A stretch of 63,965 bases of DNA, counting the filler, from Octopus bimaculoides (taxonomy: Eukaryota): NCBI RefSeq assembly GCF_001194135.2. It is 4 parts of 4 records of this genome, joined end to end, with 100 filler letters (N's around TTAATTAATTAA, not from the genome) between each part and the next. Parts side by side here need not be neighbours in the genome. Positions count along the whole stretch, not along the records: positions 36,791 to 62,740 come from NC_068984.1; positions 62,841 to 63,965 come from NW_026313280.1; 2 more parts are not named here. The stretch is one strand, 5' to 3'. Shown one piece after another: positions 50,759-62,887 of this stretch; positions within the stretch are counted from its first letter, which is position 1, and each line of letters opens with the position of its first letter. Below the pieces are notes generated by a model that worked only from the letters and a program-made list of their open reading frames with translations, searched no databases and was not told where the DNA came from. Made by a program: the position numbers and the translations under genes.

Positions 50759-52475
50759 TTACAAAAGCGTATATTTTTCATCAAATTTTTTCAGAGATGC
50801 TTTTTCTTCCTTCTGCTTGTATCTATTAGAAATTTCCAGAAGAACTCCTACAACCAAAATGAATATCGAACCGAGAAATAGCAATACGCCAAATATTGGT
50901 TTCTCCAGTTTGGACGACTTCTCTTTTGCAATATTGCCGTTTCGGTTGATTTTCACATTTGTTGTTGTTGTTGTTGTTGCTGTTGTTGATATTTGTGGTT
51001 CTGTAGCTTCTATTGCCCTTCCTTCATCTCTATTACTGCGAAGGCTTGTGCTTGCATTGTTTCCGCCAATATTGGCACCACCAACAAAATCTTCCCTGTC
51101 ATCGACGCCATTTTCTCTGTCAATGCTCTCTGTCAAATATTGTCGGTGAGTTGATGTGATCGCTGACACGCTTCTCACAGTTGATATCGATCCTGTAAGA
51201 ATTAAATGAGATTTTATAAGGTTAATCAAACTGTGACACCTAAACAACGAACACTTGGCACTTTTGAATATATTTTATAGACGGGACAAAAAGTGAAAAA
51301 TTAAGAAAGCGAAGGAGAGACAGAAGTCAAAGAAAATCAAAGTTCTGAGAATTGAATTTATTTTCAACTTATCTATTTAGTTCTAGGGTTTACGACCTTG
51401 GTTCCAGTTTTTTTTTACAAATGATTCCTCGGGTTTTACTTCAAATCTCCAAGGTTTAATCTCAAACTTAAACTCCCAGGTTATATTTGTCTTTGGGGTT
51501 CGCAGGTAAGTTCAGGGTATTGACTGTTAAGCTTATCTTTAACGAGAAATTGCTGTTCCTGGCCCAACAGTAAAAGTCAACGATTAGCTTGAACATTTAC
51601 TCGGTTTCATGTGTAGCTTTCTTAACACCCCTGGAATTACATAGGGTCCGTAAGTGTGTCGTTGTCAAAGCTGGATGACCATATTTAACTCGTTAAGAGT
51701 CAACATTTTCCTTTAACCATAGTTGATTTCAAGCGTGGAATCTCTTGTTACTTCCCTTCTTGTCACAACCAGTTTACACTCCGAATTCTGTTGGTTGAAA
51801 ATGTGTTTTAAGATTTGAAGATAATATATTTCTTTGATTGGAGGAATGACGGGAAAGCTTCTTCTCTCCCTTCCGGGATGAAACCAGGTAGATTCAAAAT
51901 CTTGAAGTTTTCCCTTTCACATAGTAAACGGTGAATATTGTGGTCATTGTATGTATTTTGCCTTTGAAACAATACATCTTAATGAATTATTACTGACCAT
52001 GGAATGTCCAGACACCTAATTGATTGAACGTTAGTGAAACTTTAAAACAAAACACAGAAGGTATCCGCCGAATAAATATTGTACTGTACAATAAAAATAT
52101 TTCTCTTGCTCGTTATAAACACTGTAAAGCTTTCCCCAATTAACTGAGCACTATAAATGAACTTAGAACCTGTAATTTACGTGCTAAAAAATAAATCATG
52201 ATACCAGTATAACCTATCATTTAAGCGCTTATTTTAACAGACTTGGAAATTCAAAATTAAGTTAAACTCGTAAAAATGGTAAGATTTGATACTTATGTCG
52301 ATACATTCTAAAACACATTTAGTAAACATTTACCACTTTACATAAATTCATCTACGTAATATATGGGTGTAAACTGAGGGAACTAAAAGACTACATGAAC
52401 TAGATAAGCATACTTACTGCAGATTGCTAATATATAATAGCACAAAATCATACAAGAAAACAATAGCAGAAACAT
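50759..52475 (-). CDS. Unrecognised small single-pass type I membrane protein (163 aa), two coding exons 52475-52418 and 51192-50759
   Basis: Exon A encodes hydrophobic MFLLLFSCMILCYYILAIC and ends at a perfect phase-1 donor A|gtaagtat. Exon B starts at the phase-1 acceptor ttaattcttacag|GA and is open for 143 codons: Ser/Thr-rich stalk, TM PIFGVLLFLGSIFILVVGVLLEI, basic juxtamembrane NRYKQK, tail ending KYTLL*. AATAAA overlaps the stop. The start codon is uncertain (another in-frame ATG at 52535, and an acceptor at 52492 could bring in an upstream exon). Confidence 0.6.
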
Positions 52476-53282
52476 GCAATATTTCAAAAACCTGAACAAG
52501 GCGGTTAAATATAGAATGCAGACGTTACTTAACATTAAAAGGCCATTTGGCCAATTTCACACCAAATCAAACTTCGTTATTATAACTTGTCTCTGGAACA
52601 TAGATTTGTAAAATGGTTATCATTCTATATGAGACATGGAAAGACAAGCTATTTAATCTGAGCAACAGTTGTCGGATTTTTTGCTTCTTTCTCTACTCTC
52701 ATAAACTGTCTTTGTCATTTAATATTATCAGTTCCGCATAAACGAATGATAACGTTCATTTCCACTTCAAATATTACGGTACATTTCTGCAGCAATGTGT
52801 TTTAGTGATATTTAGGGCGTGTTTTAAAAATCGTCATTTCTTTGACAAGCTCTAGTTGATATTCGGTATATATATATATATATATATATATCATGGATTC
52901 TACTGTCGTTAGACGACCTGTGCGGGTTCTGCAATTTCTTGCTGAACAACCACACAGATGATTTGTTTATAGTAATCAAATGTTTGTGTACACATAAGCT
53001 CACTCCCTCCATCAAATCGACATTACCTGTACAGGTGCTCGACATGTCACACGTAAGATGATGAAATGATCGTGGAGCAACGTGAAATGAAGTGTTTTGC
53101 TCAAAACGCAGTGCCGGGCCTGAGAATCGAAATCACGAACTCACAATCACGAGTGCAACACCCTAACCACTAAGCTATGCACCTTCAGTATATATATTTA
53201 CGCGTGTATGTATGTGTGTCTATGTATACGTACATGCATGTATGCAAAGATACACAGACACACACACACATACATACATACA

Positions 53283-53314
<32 letters not shown>

Positions 53315-54334
53315 GATATAAGGCGAACTGGCAGAATCGTTATCACTCAGAGAAAAATGCTTAGCGGCATTCCGTTCGTCTTTACGTTTTGAGTTCAAAT
53401 TCCACAGGAGTCAGCTTAGCCGTTCATCCTTTCGGAGTCGATTAAGTAAGTACCAATTGAGTATTGGGGTCGAAGTAATCGACTTACTCCGCCCCCGTAA
53501 TAGCTGGCCTTATGCTAAAATTTGAAGACACGAAGACACACACACACATATTTGGGCACTTGCCAAAAGATTTCACAATACAAACGATATCAAAACAAAA
53601 TGAAGTGAACGAATTATAGTTAAAGGTATGACACAAAGGTTTGGGTTACCCTTTGGAAGCACTGCTGCAAATTTAGATGGATGAAATAGACGAAGTGCGC
53701 GTTTTTCAAAGAAACAACAAAGGAAAAAAAGAAGCTGATGGTTTGAGAGATTGAAAGCATTTAACATGCCTGTCTTAATAATAATCTATGGACATAGACG
53801 ATAAATTATATCAGAAATGTTGAACAACCCAGGCGATATTGTTTAAGTTGGAAAAAATGGACAGAACGAAGCAGTCAAACTAACGGACAAATTGCAAGAG
53901 AAGGAAAAAATCTACCGCGATTTCAAGTATTATAATAGTCACAAACTTTTACAAGCCCACCCGTGAATTGGAGGGAAAGCAGAAGACACAGAACACAGTC
54001 AAAGGTAAAGACGATAACATAGATACACGTCTGAGATATTTCAATATTGGAAATATTAAATCGAATATCGTAACACTAAACTCTCACAAATCTCGGAAGA
54101 ATTTTATCATAAGTCCCGAAGAGTTCATCTGATGCGGATACTCATGCAGAAATAACAAAAATCGAAATAGAAAAATCAGTAAGAAGAACTGAAAACCGTG
54201 AAACATTCGGTGTAGATAGCATCAGTGCTGAATAAAAACTGGGGAAGTGTACATGCTTAATGTTTACGTAATATTCAACATATGGAAAACTGAAAACCGT
54301 TAAACGACAGAACCTGTGTATATACTCTCTTTAC

Positions 54335-54690
54335 TCTTTTACTCTTTTAATTGTTTCAGTCTTTTGACTGTGGCCATGCTGGAGCACCGCCTTTAGTCAA
54401 GCAAATCGACCCCAGGACTTATTCTTTGGATACCTAGTACTTATTCTATTGGTCTCTTTTGCCGAACCGCTAAGTTACGGGGACATAAACACACTAGCAT
54501 CGGTTGTCAAGCGATGTTGGGGGGACAAGCACAGACATACAAACATATACACATGCATATATATATACATACATATATACGACGGGCTTCTTTCAGTTTC
54601 TGTCTACCAAATCCACTCACAAGGGTCTGGTCGGCCCGAGGCTATAGTAGAAGACACTTGCCCAAGGTGCCACGCAGTAGGAATTAACCC
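54335..54690 (-). mobile_element. SINE family A nested in the RTE
   Basis: Reverse complement of 49280-49640; the tRNA head is missing. Confidence 0.85.
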
Positions 54691-55162
54691 AGAGCAAAAA
54701 CATGGAAAATTACAGAGTAATTTCTCTTTTATCGATACCGTGTAAGTTTTTGCTATAGTTCTCTTCAGCGGAAAGGTAAGTAAAACCGAAGGAACGAAGG
54801 GTAAGTATTGATTTTAGGTCAGATGGAGGCACAATTGATACTAAGTTTAAAGTGAAACAGATTACTTTAAAACCAAAAGTACGTCATTTTTCCCTCACAC
54901 TTCAACCTCATTGATCTTAAAACTGTCTTCGACACGATCTGGCAGAGAGAACTGGGGTAAATGATGACTGTGGTAGAAGCACACCGCAAGATAGTGTGTA
55001 TTGAAAAATCGCTGAACAACAGTGCTGAGTTTATTGTGGTTAAGGGCGATCAGTTGACAGTTTGCTTAAAGTTCGCATGGATCTAAGATAAAGCTGTCTG
55101 CAATCCTTTAACATGTTCATCGGCTTTATAGAATTTACCATGAAAAAACTGAAAATTTAGAT

Positions 55163-55485
55163 CTTTTATCTATGGACTCCTTTGATTATTATCTTATTCT
55201 GGTGGATCATCATAACCATTCAATGTTTAAAAACCAGTTTTATAGATATTTCTTCCAAAATTCCTATTTTGTTTTTCACACATTAATTTGTGTATACTGA
55301 ACTATGTAAAATATTAGAGAAAGAAACCTAGCTGTTTCTTGCGATAAATACATCTAAAGAAAAACATTTTCGTGGACCCTTGATACACTACTGTGGGTTG
55401 CCACTTTTCTATTTTGTTTGCGTGGACCCCCGAAGATCTCTTATTGACCTTCTGGGGTCATATGGACTCGGGTTGAGAACCACTG
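55163..55485. mobile_element. hAT (Charlie-like) MITE with the left TIR lost
   Basis: Right end ggttgagaaccactg; ATTTAGAT present on both sides (55155-55162, 55486-55493). Confidence 0.6.
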
Positions 55486-55821
55486 ATTTAGATGAAACAC
55501 TAGCACTCACTGACATTTTCTCCCAAGGTATTAGGTATGCTGACGAAAAAAATATCAATGTCTATGAACTTTGGCATACTGAAAATTTTCACTGAACATT
55601 TAGATGAAGCATGCATTAAACTGGACGTTTCAAAAATAGCATGGAAATGTCTGAAAATGTGAAATTATGGGTTAATCTGGGAAGACTAAATAGGCTTGAT
55701 CTGGAATAAATGGGGTAGTTAGTCAGTGACCCAAAGTTAGAGACTATATAACGTCTTTATTTTTACAATCGTTACATTTGCATCTGGAACGTGAATCCTA
55801 AAATCTGGGGATGCAAGTAGG

Positions 55822-55987
55822 CACTGGCATAGCTAGAGTATATGCCGCCCGGGGCGGCCCTTTCGTTTGCCGCCCCAGGACCCCACCAAAAACACATACT
55901 GCCTACAGCAGACCCAAAAGTGCTGACCCTTTAAAAATGCTGCCCGGGGCGCACCGCCCCTACTGCCCCCGCCCAACTACGCTAGTA
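55822..55987. mobile_element. 166-bp GC-rich hAT-like MITE
   Basis: Imperfect TIRs cactggcatagct / aactacgctagta; 8-bp TSD caagtagg / caggtagg. Confidence 0.7.
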
Positions 55988-56697
55988 CAGGTAGGCTAGA
56001 TGATTTTCACATGTAGTATTTAAGGTCTATACTGGTGATATTACACGATTGACATAGAAATATTTCCGTGAAAAAAAAGCTTCATATTTCAGATACTTTT
56101 GCTAAGTTAATAAGAAGAAACCCGAATGGTTCGGCCGTGTTTTAAGATCATCCAATAACTCCATAATTCCAACATTTCATCAAGACTTTACAAATTTCAA
56201 ACCACGTATTATGCTGACCAAAAGACGGGCTACAACTTCTCAGATCAATGAGGATATAAACATTATCACTTACAACAGCAGGTGGGAAAGATACAAAAGT
56301 GATAGTCTTGGACGCAAGGGAGAACGAAAATCTAGAGAAAACCAAGTGACTAAATGTTTGAGTGTGCGTAGAAAGAGAGAGAGGAAGAGAGAGAGAGCGA
56401 GACAAAGAGAAATAGGTACATATATAGATACATATAGACTAATACACAGTAAGATATATGTACGTATGTATATATGTATGCATGTATAAAACTCACCATT
56501 ATAAGAAGCCGAACAAATTGTTTGACTAAACATGAGAACCAGGAAAAATAAAACCGAAATTTCTAGCTCGGTCATGCTTTGACACTTTGTTGAAAATCAA
56601 AATGTCGTACGTTCAAAGCGTCTTATAAAACGCTGTTACGTCTCTTGTTTGCAAACGGTTGATAGCAATGCGAACAAAGCAATATATGCATTTACAT

Positions 56698-57023
56698 CAG
56701 AGGTTCTCAAACTTCTTGGACCACCGCCCCACTCATGGCCACATAATACCCCCTGCGCCTCACCCCTATTTTTATGTATAAATAAATATTTTATATTTTA
56801 CTACTTTATATATACTATGAATCATTTAATATTTAATATAATATTATATACTTTGTATACAATACTATAATAATATTATAATAAATTCATAGCGTTCCCC
56901 AATCCACTGTCTTCCTCCCAGCACCTCCTTTTTCTCTACCTCCCCCTTAGGCACCTGCATCCACCTAGACTGTCTCAACGCATACCGGGGGAGGGACGGT
57001 AGCACCCATTTTGAGAATCTATG
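56698..57023. mobile_element. 326-bp hAT (Charlie-like) MITE
   Basis: TIRs cagaggttctcaaa / tttgagaatctatg; perfect 8-bp TSD ATTTACAT. Confidence 0.8.
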
Positions 57024-58117
57024 ATTTACATAGTTTCGCTATAATCCGGTCGCTTTTTTTTTTCTAAGAGTTTTGTTTGCTTGTTTGTTTGTTTGTTTGT
57101 TTTTTGCTTTTGTTTTTTTTACAAACAAGTGAGCTCTTACATGTTCGCTCAATTCGCTCGAAGTGCAATCATCTCTTCTTAATAACACATCTTAACGTTT
57201 TAAATAAGGAAACGGTATATTACATAGCATAGTTCTATGTACCCATGAAAAAAAGATTGGATGGTCATGACTGAAATGTATTTAATCATAGGTATGCTTG
57301 ATTAGGATTGACCTGGGGCTAAACAATAATAACTATATACGTTACTTATCAGGAGAGAATAGTCGTTCTATTTTCTCTTCGTTTTATCTTTGTCCTATCA
57401 AACTTCCAATTTCTTAAATATGCTGTATACTTACTTTGTCGGCAACAAATGCAATAATAATTTTAAATGGTGGATGACACACACACACACACACACGATG
57501 CAGATACACACATACGCATGCAAACACACACACAGAAACGGACAGACACGCACACGCACACACATACGCACACATGCACACAGACGTTATATTTTCCTCG
57601 AGATTGGCGAACATATTTTCCTGTTTTCGCTAAATTATATAGATAAAGGAATTTTCTTCTGGGCTTACATTAATACACATGACGAAGTGGAAAGCACAAT
57701 ACCAACAAATAAAAACAGCGATGAAGCTTGTGTTTAACTCTCGATTAACACTGGTCAACCACAATCTTGTGATCAAAGACATTCCAACAGCGATAATCAG
57801 CAATTACCTATTTGACGTTCGTAAAATCGAATTTGTTTTAGATTCAATTTCATTTCAACTCGATTAGCATGTCTTGTAGACTCCCTTCTGCTCCCCGTTT
57901 TATTGTGAATCCTAACGAAATAAATACTTACAAATCAGCAGAAACTCAATGGAAAGCATACAATTACGACACTGGATTGATCTTTCTCAGATTCAACGAC
58001 TTGTATTGCTTGATGTGCCCGCCGTAAATTGTTGAAGAATCCTCACCTGTGCCCATGGCGAAACTCTATTCAAAATAAGTCTAATATTTTTCCTACTTTT
58101 TACACGTTATTTGTTGT

Positions 58118-58548
58118 GGCGGCGCAATGGCCCAGTGGTTACAGCAGCGGACTCGCGGTCATAGGATCACGGTTTCGATTCCCAGACCGAGCGTTGTGAG
58201 TGTTTATTGAGCGAAAACACCTAAAAAGCTCCACGAGGCACCGGCAGGGGATGGTGGCGAACCCTGCTGTACTCTTTCACCACAACTTTCTCTCACTCTC
58301 ACTCTTACTTCCTGTTTCTGTTGTNNNNNNNNNNNNNNNNNNNNNNNNNNNNNNNNNNNNNNNNNNNNNNNNNNNNNNNNNNNNNNNNNNNNNNNNNNNN
58401 NNNNNGAATATCTCCGAGAACTACGTTAAGAGTACACGTGTCTGTGGAGTGCTCAGCCACTTGCACGTTAATTTCACGAGCAGGCTGTTCCGTTGATCGG
58501 ATCAACTGGAACCCTCGACGTCGTAAGCGACGGAGTGCCAACAACAAC
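58118..58548 (+). mobile_element. tRNA-derived SINE family E (gap inside)
   Basis: Head ggcggcgcaatggcccagtggtt...ggtttcgattcc with A/B boxes; (aac)n tail. Confidence 0.75.
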
Positions 58549-60194
58549 ACATTCATAGTGTGTACCACTCATAATTATGATAAGAAACGTTTTGTTGAAA
58601 TTAACTTTTTGGATCACTATGATTTTATGAACATCAAATAGGAAATTACCGCGATAACCATGTATGCAATTCTTTTCTAATCTAGGCACAAGGCCCAATA
58701 ATCCTGTTTGCAATTGCCAACATATGGAGTTACATTCTTCAGGACTAAGTTATCCTAAAACAATTTTTAAGACATTGGGGTTTGGTTTCAGGGGCAATTG
58801 TCTGAACAGCAGTGTGGAGGATCCTACACACGCTGCTTTTGAAATTTAAAAAAGAAAAAAACTCAATATCGTGCTGGCTATCGTCTAGAAATATTTGTCC
58901 TCTAATGACCTCATTATCATTATTAAACAAACTACCAAAAACATTCACCTGCCAATACATTCACCTGCCAGTCACGCCTATATTTTTTAACGTCGATGTC
59001 TGTTTTCAAGCGACGTTACCATATTTCAACGGTTTTCCGAAACCATCCCGAAATAATCTTTTCTTCTATAAGTACAAGGCCTGAAATTCGGGATATTACA
59101 TAGACTCCCAGTGCTCAACTGGGGTTTATGTAATTTTATCGACCCTAAAAGGATTAAAGGCAAAGTTGGCTTCGACGTAATTTTGAACTCAGAACACAAA
59201 GAACCGGAATAATTGTCGCAGACCATTTTGTCTGGAGTGGTGAAAATTTTGCCAGCTTGCTGTTTTATCATCTCAAAATCTCGCATGAAGAGTGAAATTG
59301 TGAGTCTGAAATTCCTCCTGGAGTAAAACACACACATGCACACAAACACACACACACACACAATTCTCGTTGATGACATTTTATAGATATTATGTATGTT
59401 GGGACACTTTAATTAACAAAATTCGTCATTTAAATATCAGATCTTCGAAAAGTTAGAATGCAGTTTCGAATACAATAGAATGTAGAACATAATTTGGCAA
59501 TCCTTGAGTTTAAAACCGCAGCCTCACCTTAGAGAAATACTTTGATTTCAATTGTGTATCTTCTATCAGGATCTGACTTCTGTTTTTTTTTCTCACCTCT
59601 GTCAAGCACCTCTGCGTTCAGTGTCCGGCTGTTCTCTGTCATTATATAAAATTATTACTTCGAAGATTTTATCATGTGTCGTTTTTGATTCTCTTTTTAC
59701 TGCTTTTCGTTATATTAGAATTTACTGCTGTTGTTGCAATTGTTCCTTTCTTCGATGGTTTTATTTTCTTTATTTGTTTTGCTTTATCTTACTTTCATTT
59801 CATTTTTTTTTTTTTTTNNNNNNNNNNNNNNNNNNNNNNCTGTGGCCATGCTGGGGCAAAAGTGCCCCACAGAAAAAAAAACAGTAAAAGAAAATTCAAA
59901 ATACACGTATCTTAATTGTTTAAAAACAACGCGCATTAATTGCAGGCAAAAAAAATCAAAACAAAATTTTAAAAACCTGTGTAGCAGTGGTGAAAACAAA
60001 CAAGCAGTTTGAGAACAGTGAAAGTGTAAAATAAAAATAAAAATAAATAGAAACGGAAAAATAAAAGAAAAAGAAAATACGGTCCTGATAGAAGTTAAAT
60101 ACGATGAAATTAATTGTTCGCTGTCGTGAAAGTGACTGATGTCGTAAACTCCAGAATAGTCCGTAATTTATTGTTTCCCATTTAAATAAGTTTA

Positions 60195-62460
60195 TATTTA
60201 CAAAATATTCAGTAGTCTCCATGGACGCACAAGACTCCGCAGAAGTAACCGACTTAGTCAGAATATACCTACTGCTCAAATTTGAAGAAGAATTCCCTGA
60301 ATTAGAAGGTGAATTATATCGGGACGACGCACTATTCTTAGTTAGGAATGCCCAAAATAGAAAATTAGAACTCTACAAAAAAAGACTACATACTTTTTTA
60401 AAAACCAAGGACTATCTATTATCATTGAAAAGGATAACAACCCTGTTAACTTCCTAGACGTCAACTTCAACCTTAATACTTCTACCCACCAACCTTGCCA
60501 TGAACCTAGCACCAATATTACATGCATAAACGTGCACAGCAACCTACCCTATAACATTATAGAAAACCTGACCACTAACATAAAAAGAAGAATAAATCTA
60601 TTATCATCTAACGAGGAAATATTTAACAAACATAAGGACTATTATAACCTAGCACTTCAGAAGGCAGGATATAAATATGCAAATAAATGTAATAAAAACG
60701 ACAACACTAGTACTAATCATATCAAACATAATCATGAAACAAACAACATTGATTATATTAGTGAATCCAAGTCATCTGATGAAATAGTACGCCCTAATAA
60801 GCGTATAACGGAAACTCTCAATAAGAGTCACAAACATAACATCAACAAAAAACACAACAATCATCACTATAATAACTATACTAAAAAACCCAACCAATAC
60901 GAGCACCACAACCTAAATATAACTAAAGAAAAGAATTTAAAAAAGTCAGTAATTACTGCCTTTTTAACCACACTAATATAAATAAACATAGAAATACTGA
61001 CAACAAACACTACAAATGTATAATTAAAGATAAAATAGGAACATTAAGCCAATAAACAGAAAAATATATGCATAATCTAAACATGCCAAATTACTTCAAT
61101 GACATGTATAACCATAGCACTCTAACAAGGATGGAGATAAAATAGCAATAAAGACACCAATACCGTGTATTAGAAAAGCTGACCCTCTAAACACAACCGA
61201 ACCTTTAAATAAAACAAACAACAATAATACTACCTGGATTATGATCCTTTTTGCCAGACATTTAAAGTCTAACTTTATTAGATCCATTAGAATGATAATT
61301 AATAAAAACTTCAAAAACTCTAAATATGCTAAAATATTTAATAATGAAAAAAATTAGATTTGGATTTTCAGTTTCTCCAAATCTTTTTTGCGGATAATTT
61401 CTTCTTTTAACAGTAAGAAATTGGATCTATTCTATAATTTAAAAATACTACTAAAACTGTACCTAGTACCTCCAATAATAATACTATTAATAATACATCT
61501 CATAATCCTGCAATTAACAACAACGATACTGCTAATAACCATAACTCTATTAATCCAACAAAATATAGAACACCACTACACCACCCATAAATTCAAATTG
61601 TAATTGTAGAGACCCTAATGCCTGAGAAGTAGATATAAATTGTAAAAGGAAAGAAGTTGTATACCAAGAAACTATTATAACTCAGAACTCCTCTAGATAC
61701 ATATGCGTAAGTTGAACCCAAAACTCGATTAAATCAAGAATTTCTAACCATAAATCTACTTTTAGGGACCATCGAAAAGAGAATAGTACAGGACTATCTA
61801 AAAAAAAAATTGGCATCTCAAAAGAAACAATATTAATTTCTCCATTTCTTGGAAAATCCTATCTTTTTCCCCCTCTTGTAGAAATAATAGTAAAATTAGC
61901 AAGTTATGTTTAGAAGAAAGCTATAACATAATGAGAATGAATGGAAATTTGGTTAATACTAGGGATGAAAAAATTTCCTCATGTAAACACATGACCAAAT
62001 TTCTATTCATTAATCTAAAATAACTCGTCACTCACCTTCTGTATAACCCACACATCCCTATCCATTTAAAGAATTTTTTTACTCATCTCTTTCTCCGCTT
62101 ATTTATCTCCCCTACATTTACTTTGGACTATCTAACTTCATATTAGAACTTTTAGATTCACATTTTTATCTTTCTAGACACCGTAAGTATATACTACTTT
62201 AGTTGTAATATTAAAAATTGCTTCTCTGCTTTTACTTATTTTCTCTTTTATTGTTAATACGTGTTACATTAATATGATTTTTATGTAAACATGAGTCTTT
62301 TATATACATCATCTTCTCTCTCTATCACTCATACCTCTATTTTGTTTGTTCTTGCTATTTGTTTACGTTAACTATCTAATATCAGCTTCTTATATACCAC
62401 TTCTTCACACTAAACTTCATTCTTCCGTATAGATCTTTTTAAAGATATTATACCACGTAC
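60195..62460 (+). mobile_element. Penelope-like retroelement (RT + C-terminal GIY-YIG), degenerate
   Basis: MDAQDSAEVTDLVRIYLL, ELYRDDAL, NFLDVNFNL, HSNLPYN...RRINLLSSNEEIFNK, NCNCR...VVYQ, ISNHKSTFR...NSTGLSK, SWKIL...KLCLEES, NTRDEKISSCKHMTKFL*. Probable upstream RT remnants lie at ~58560-59000. Confidence 0.88.
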
Positions 62461-62606
62461 TGATTTGTATTCTTATTTATACATCGCTGGCACCAAACGC
62501 GTGACTCCAAGCCACCAAAGGCTTTTGCTGCCCTTTGAGTTCGCAGCTGTATTTCTGTATCAAGACAATAATATATACATATATATAATAATCTATATTT
62601 TTTTTT

Positions 62607-62645
<39 letters not shown>

Positions 62646-62740
62646 GATATATTATCTTTTCTCTTTTCAAAGATGTTTCTCCCGGCGTTCACTATTTTCC
62701 TCTCGTTCTGGTCTAACGACCCTCCATGTTTGTTTTCGTT

Positions 62741-62840
62741 NNNNNNNNNNNNNNNNNNNNNNNNNNNNNNNNNNNNNNNNNNNNTTAATTAATTAANNNN
62801 NNNNNNNNNNNNNNNNNNNNNNNNNNNNNNNNNNNNNNNN
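62741..62840. other. Assembly scaffold-join spacer
   Basis: 44 N + TTAATTAATTAA + 44 N. Confidence 0.95.
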
Positions 62841-62887
62841 AGCATTTCTCCTGGTTTGTGGAATAAGACTGCTGATGGCTCTTTTGA

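Larger units (their letters stand above)
53780..55720 (+). mobile_element. Old RTE-type LINE interrupted by a SINE and a hAT MITE
   Basis: Fragments EITKIEIEKSVRR...FGVDSISAE, ENYRVISLLSIPCK, IDLKTVFDTIW and GIRYAD. Confidence 0.6.

Noticed and set aside
50817-51149. 110-aa plus-strand ORF
   Set aside because: It is the antisense shadow of the minus-strand TM exon and lacks supporting splice signals.
51300-52015. Coding-looking stretch with an acceptor at 52015 inside the orphan gene's intron
   Set aside because: All three frames have multiple stops and I recognise no domain; possibly an unknown old repeat.
57929-58065. Minus-strand exon candidate with a perfect gtaagt donor upstream of the orphan gene
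   Set aside because: Stops occur in all three frames between the plausible acceptor and the donor.
61623-61625. In-frame TGA at a conserved Cys position of the PLE (selenocysteine, as in Naiad elements)
   Set aside because: The copy has other stops and frameshifts, the endonuclease is C-terminal (not the Naiad layout) and no SECIS was identified; a TGC>TGA nonsense change is simpler.
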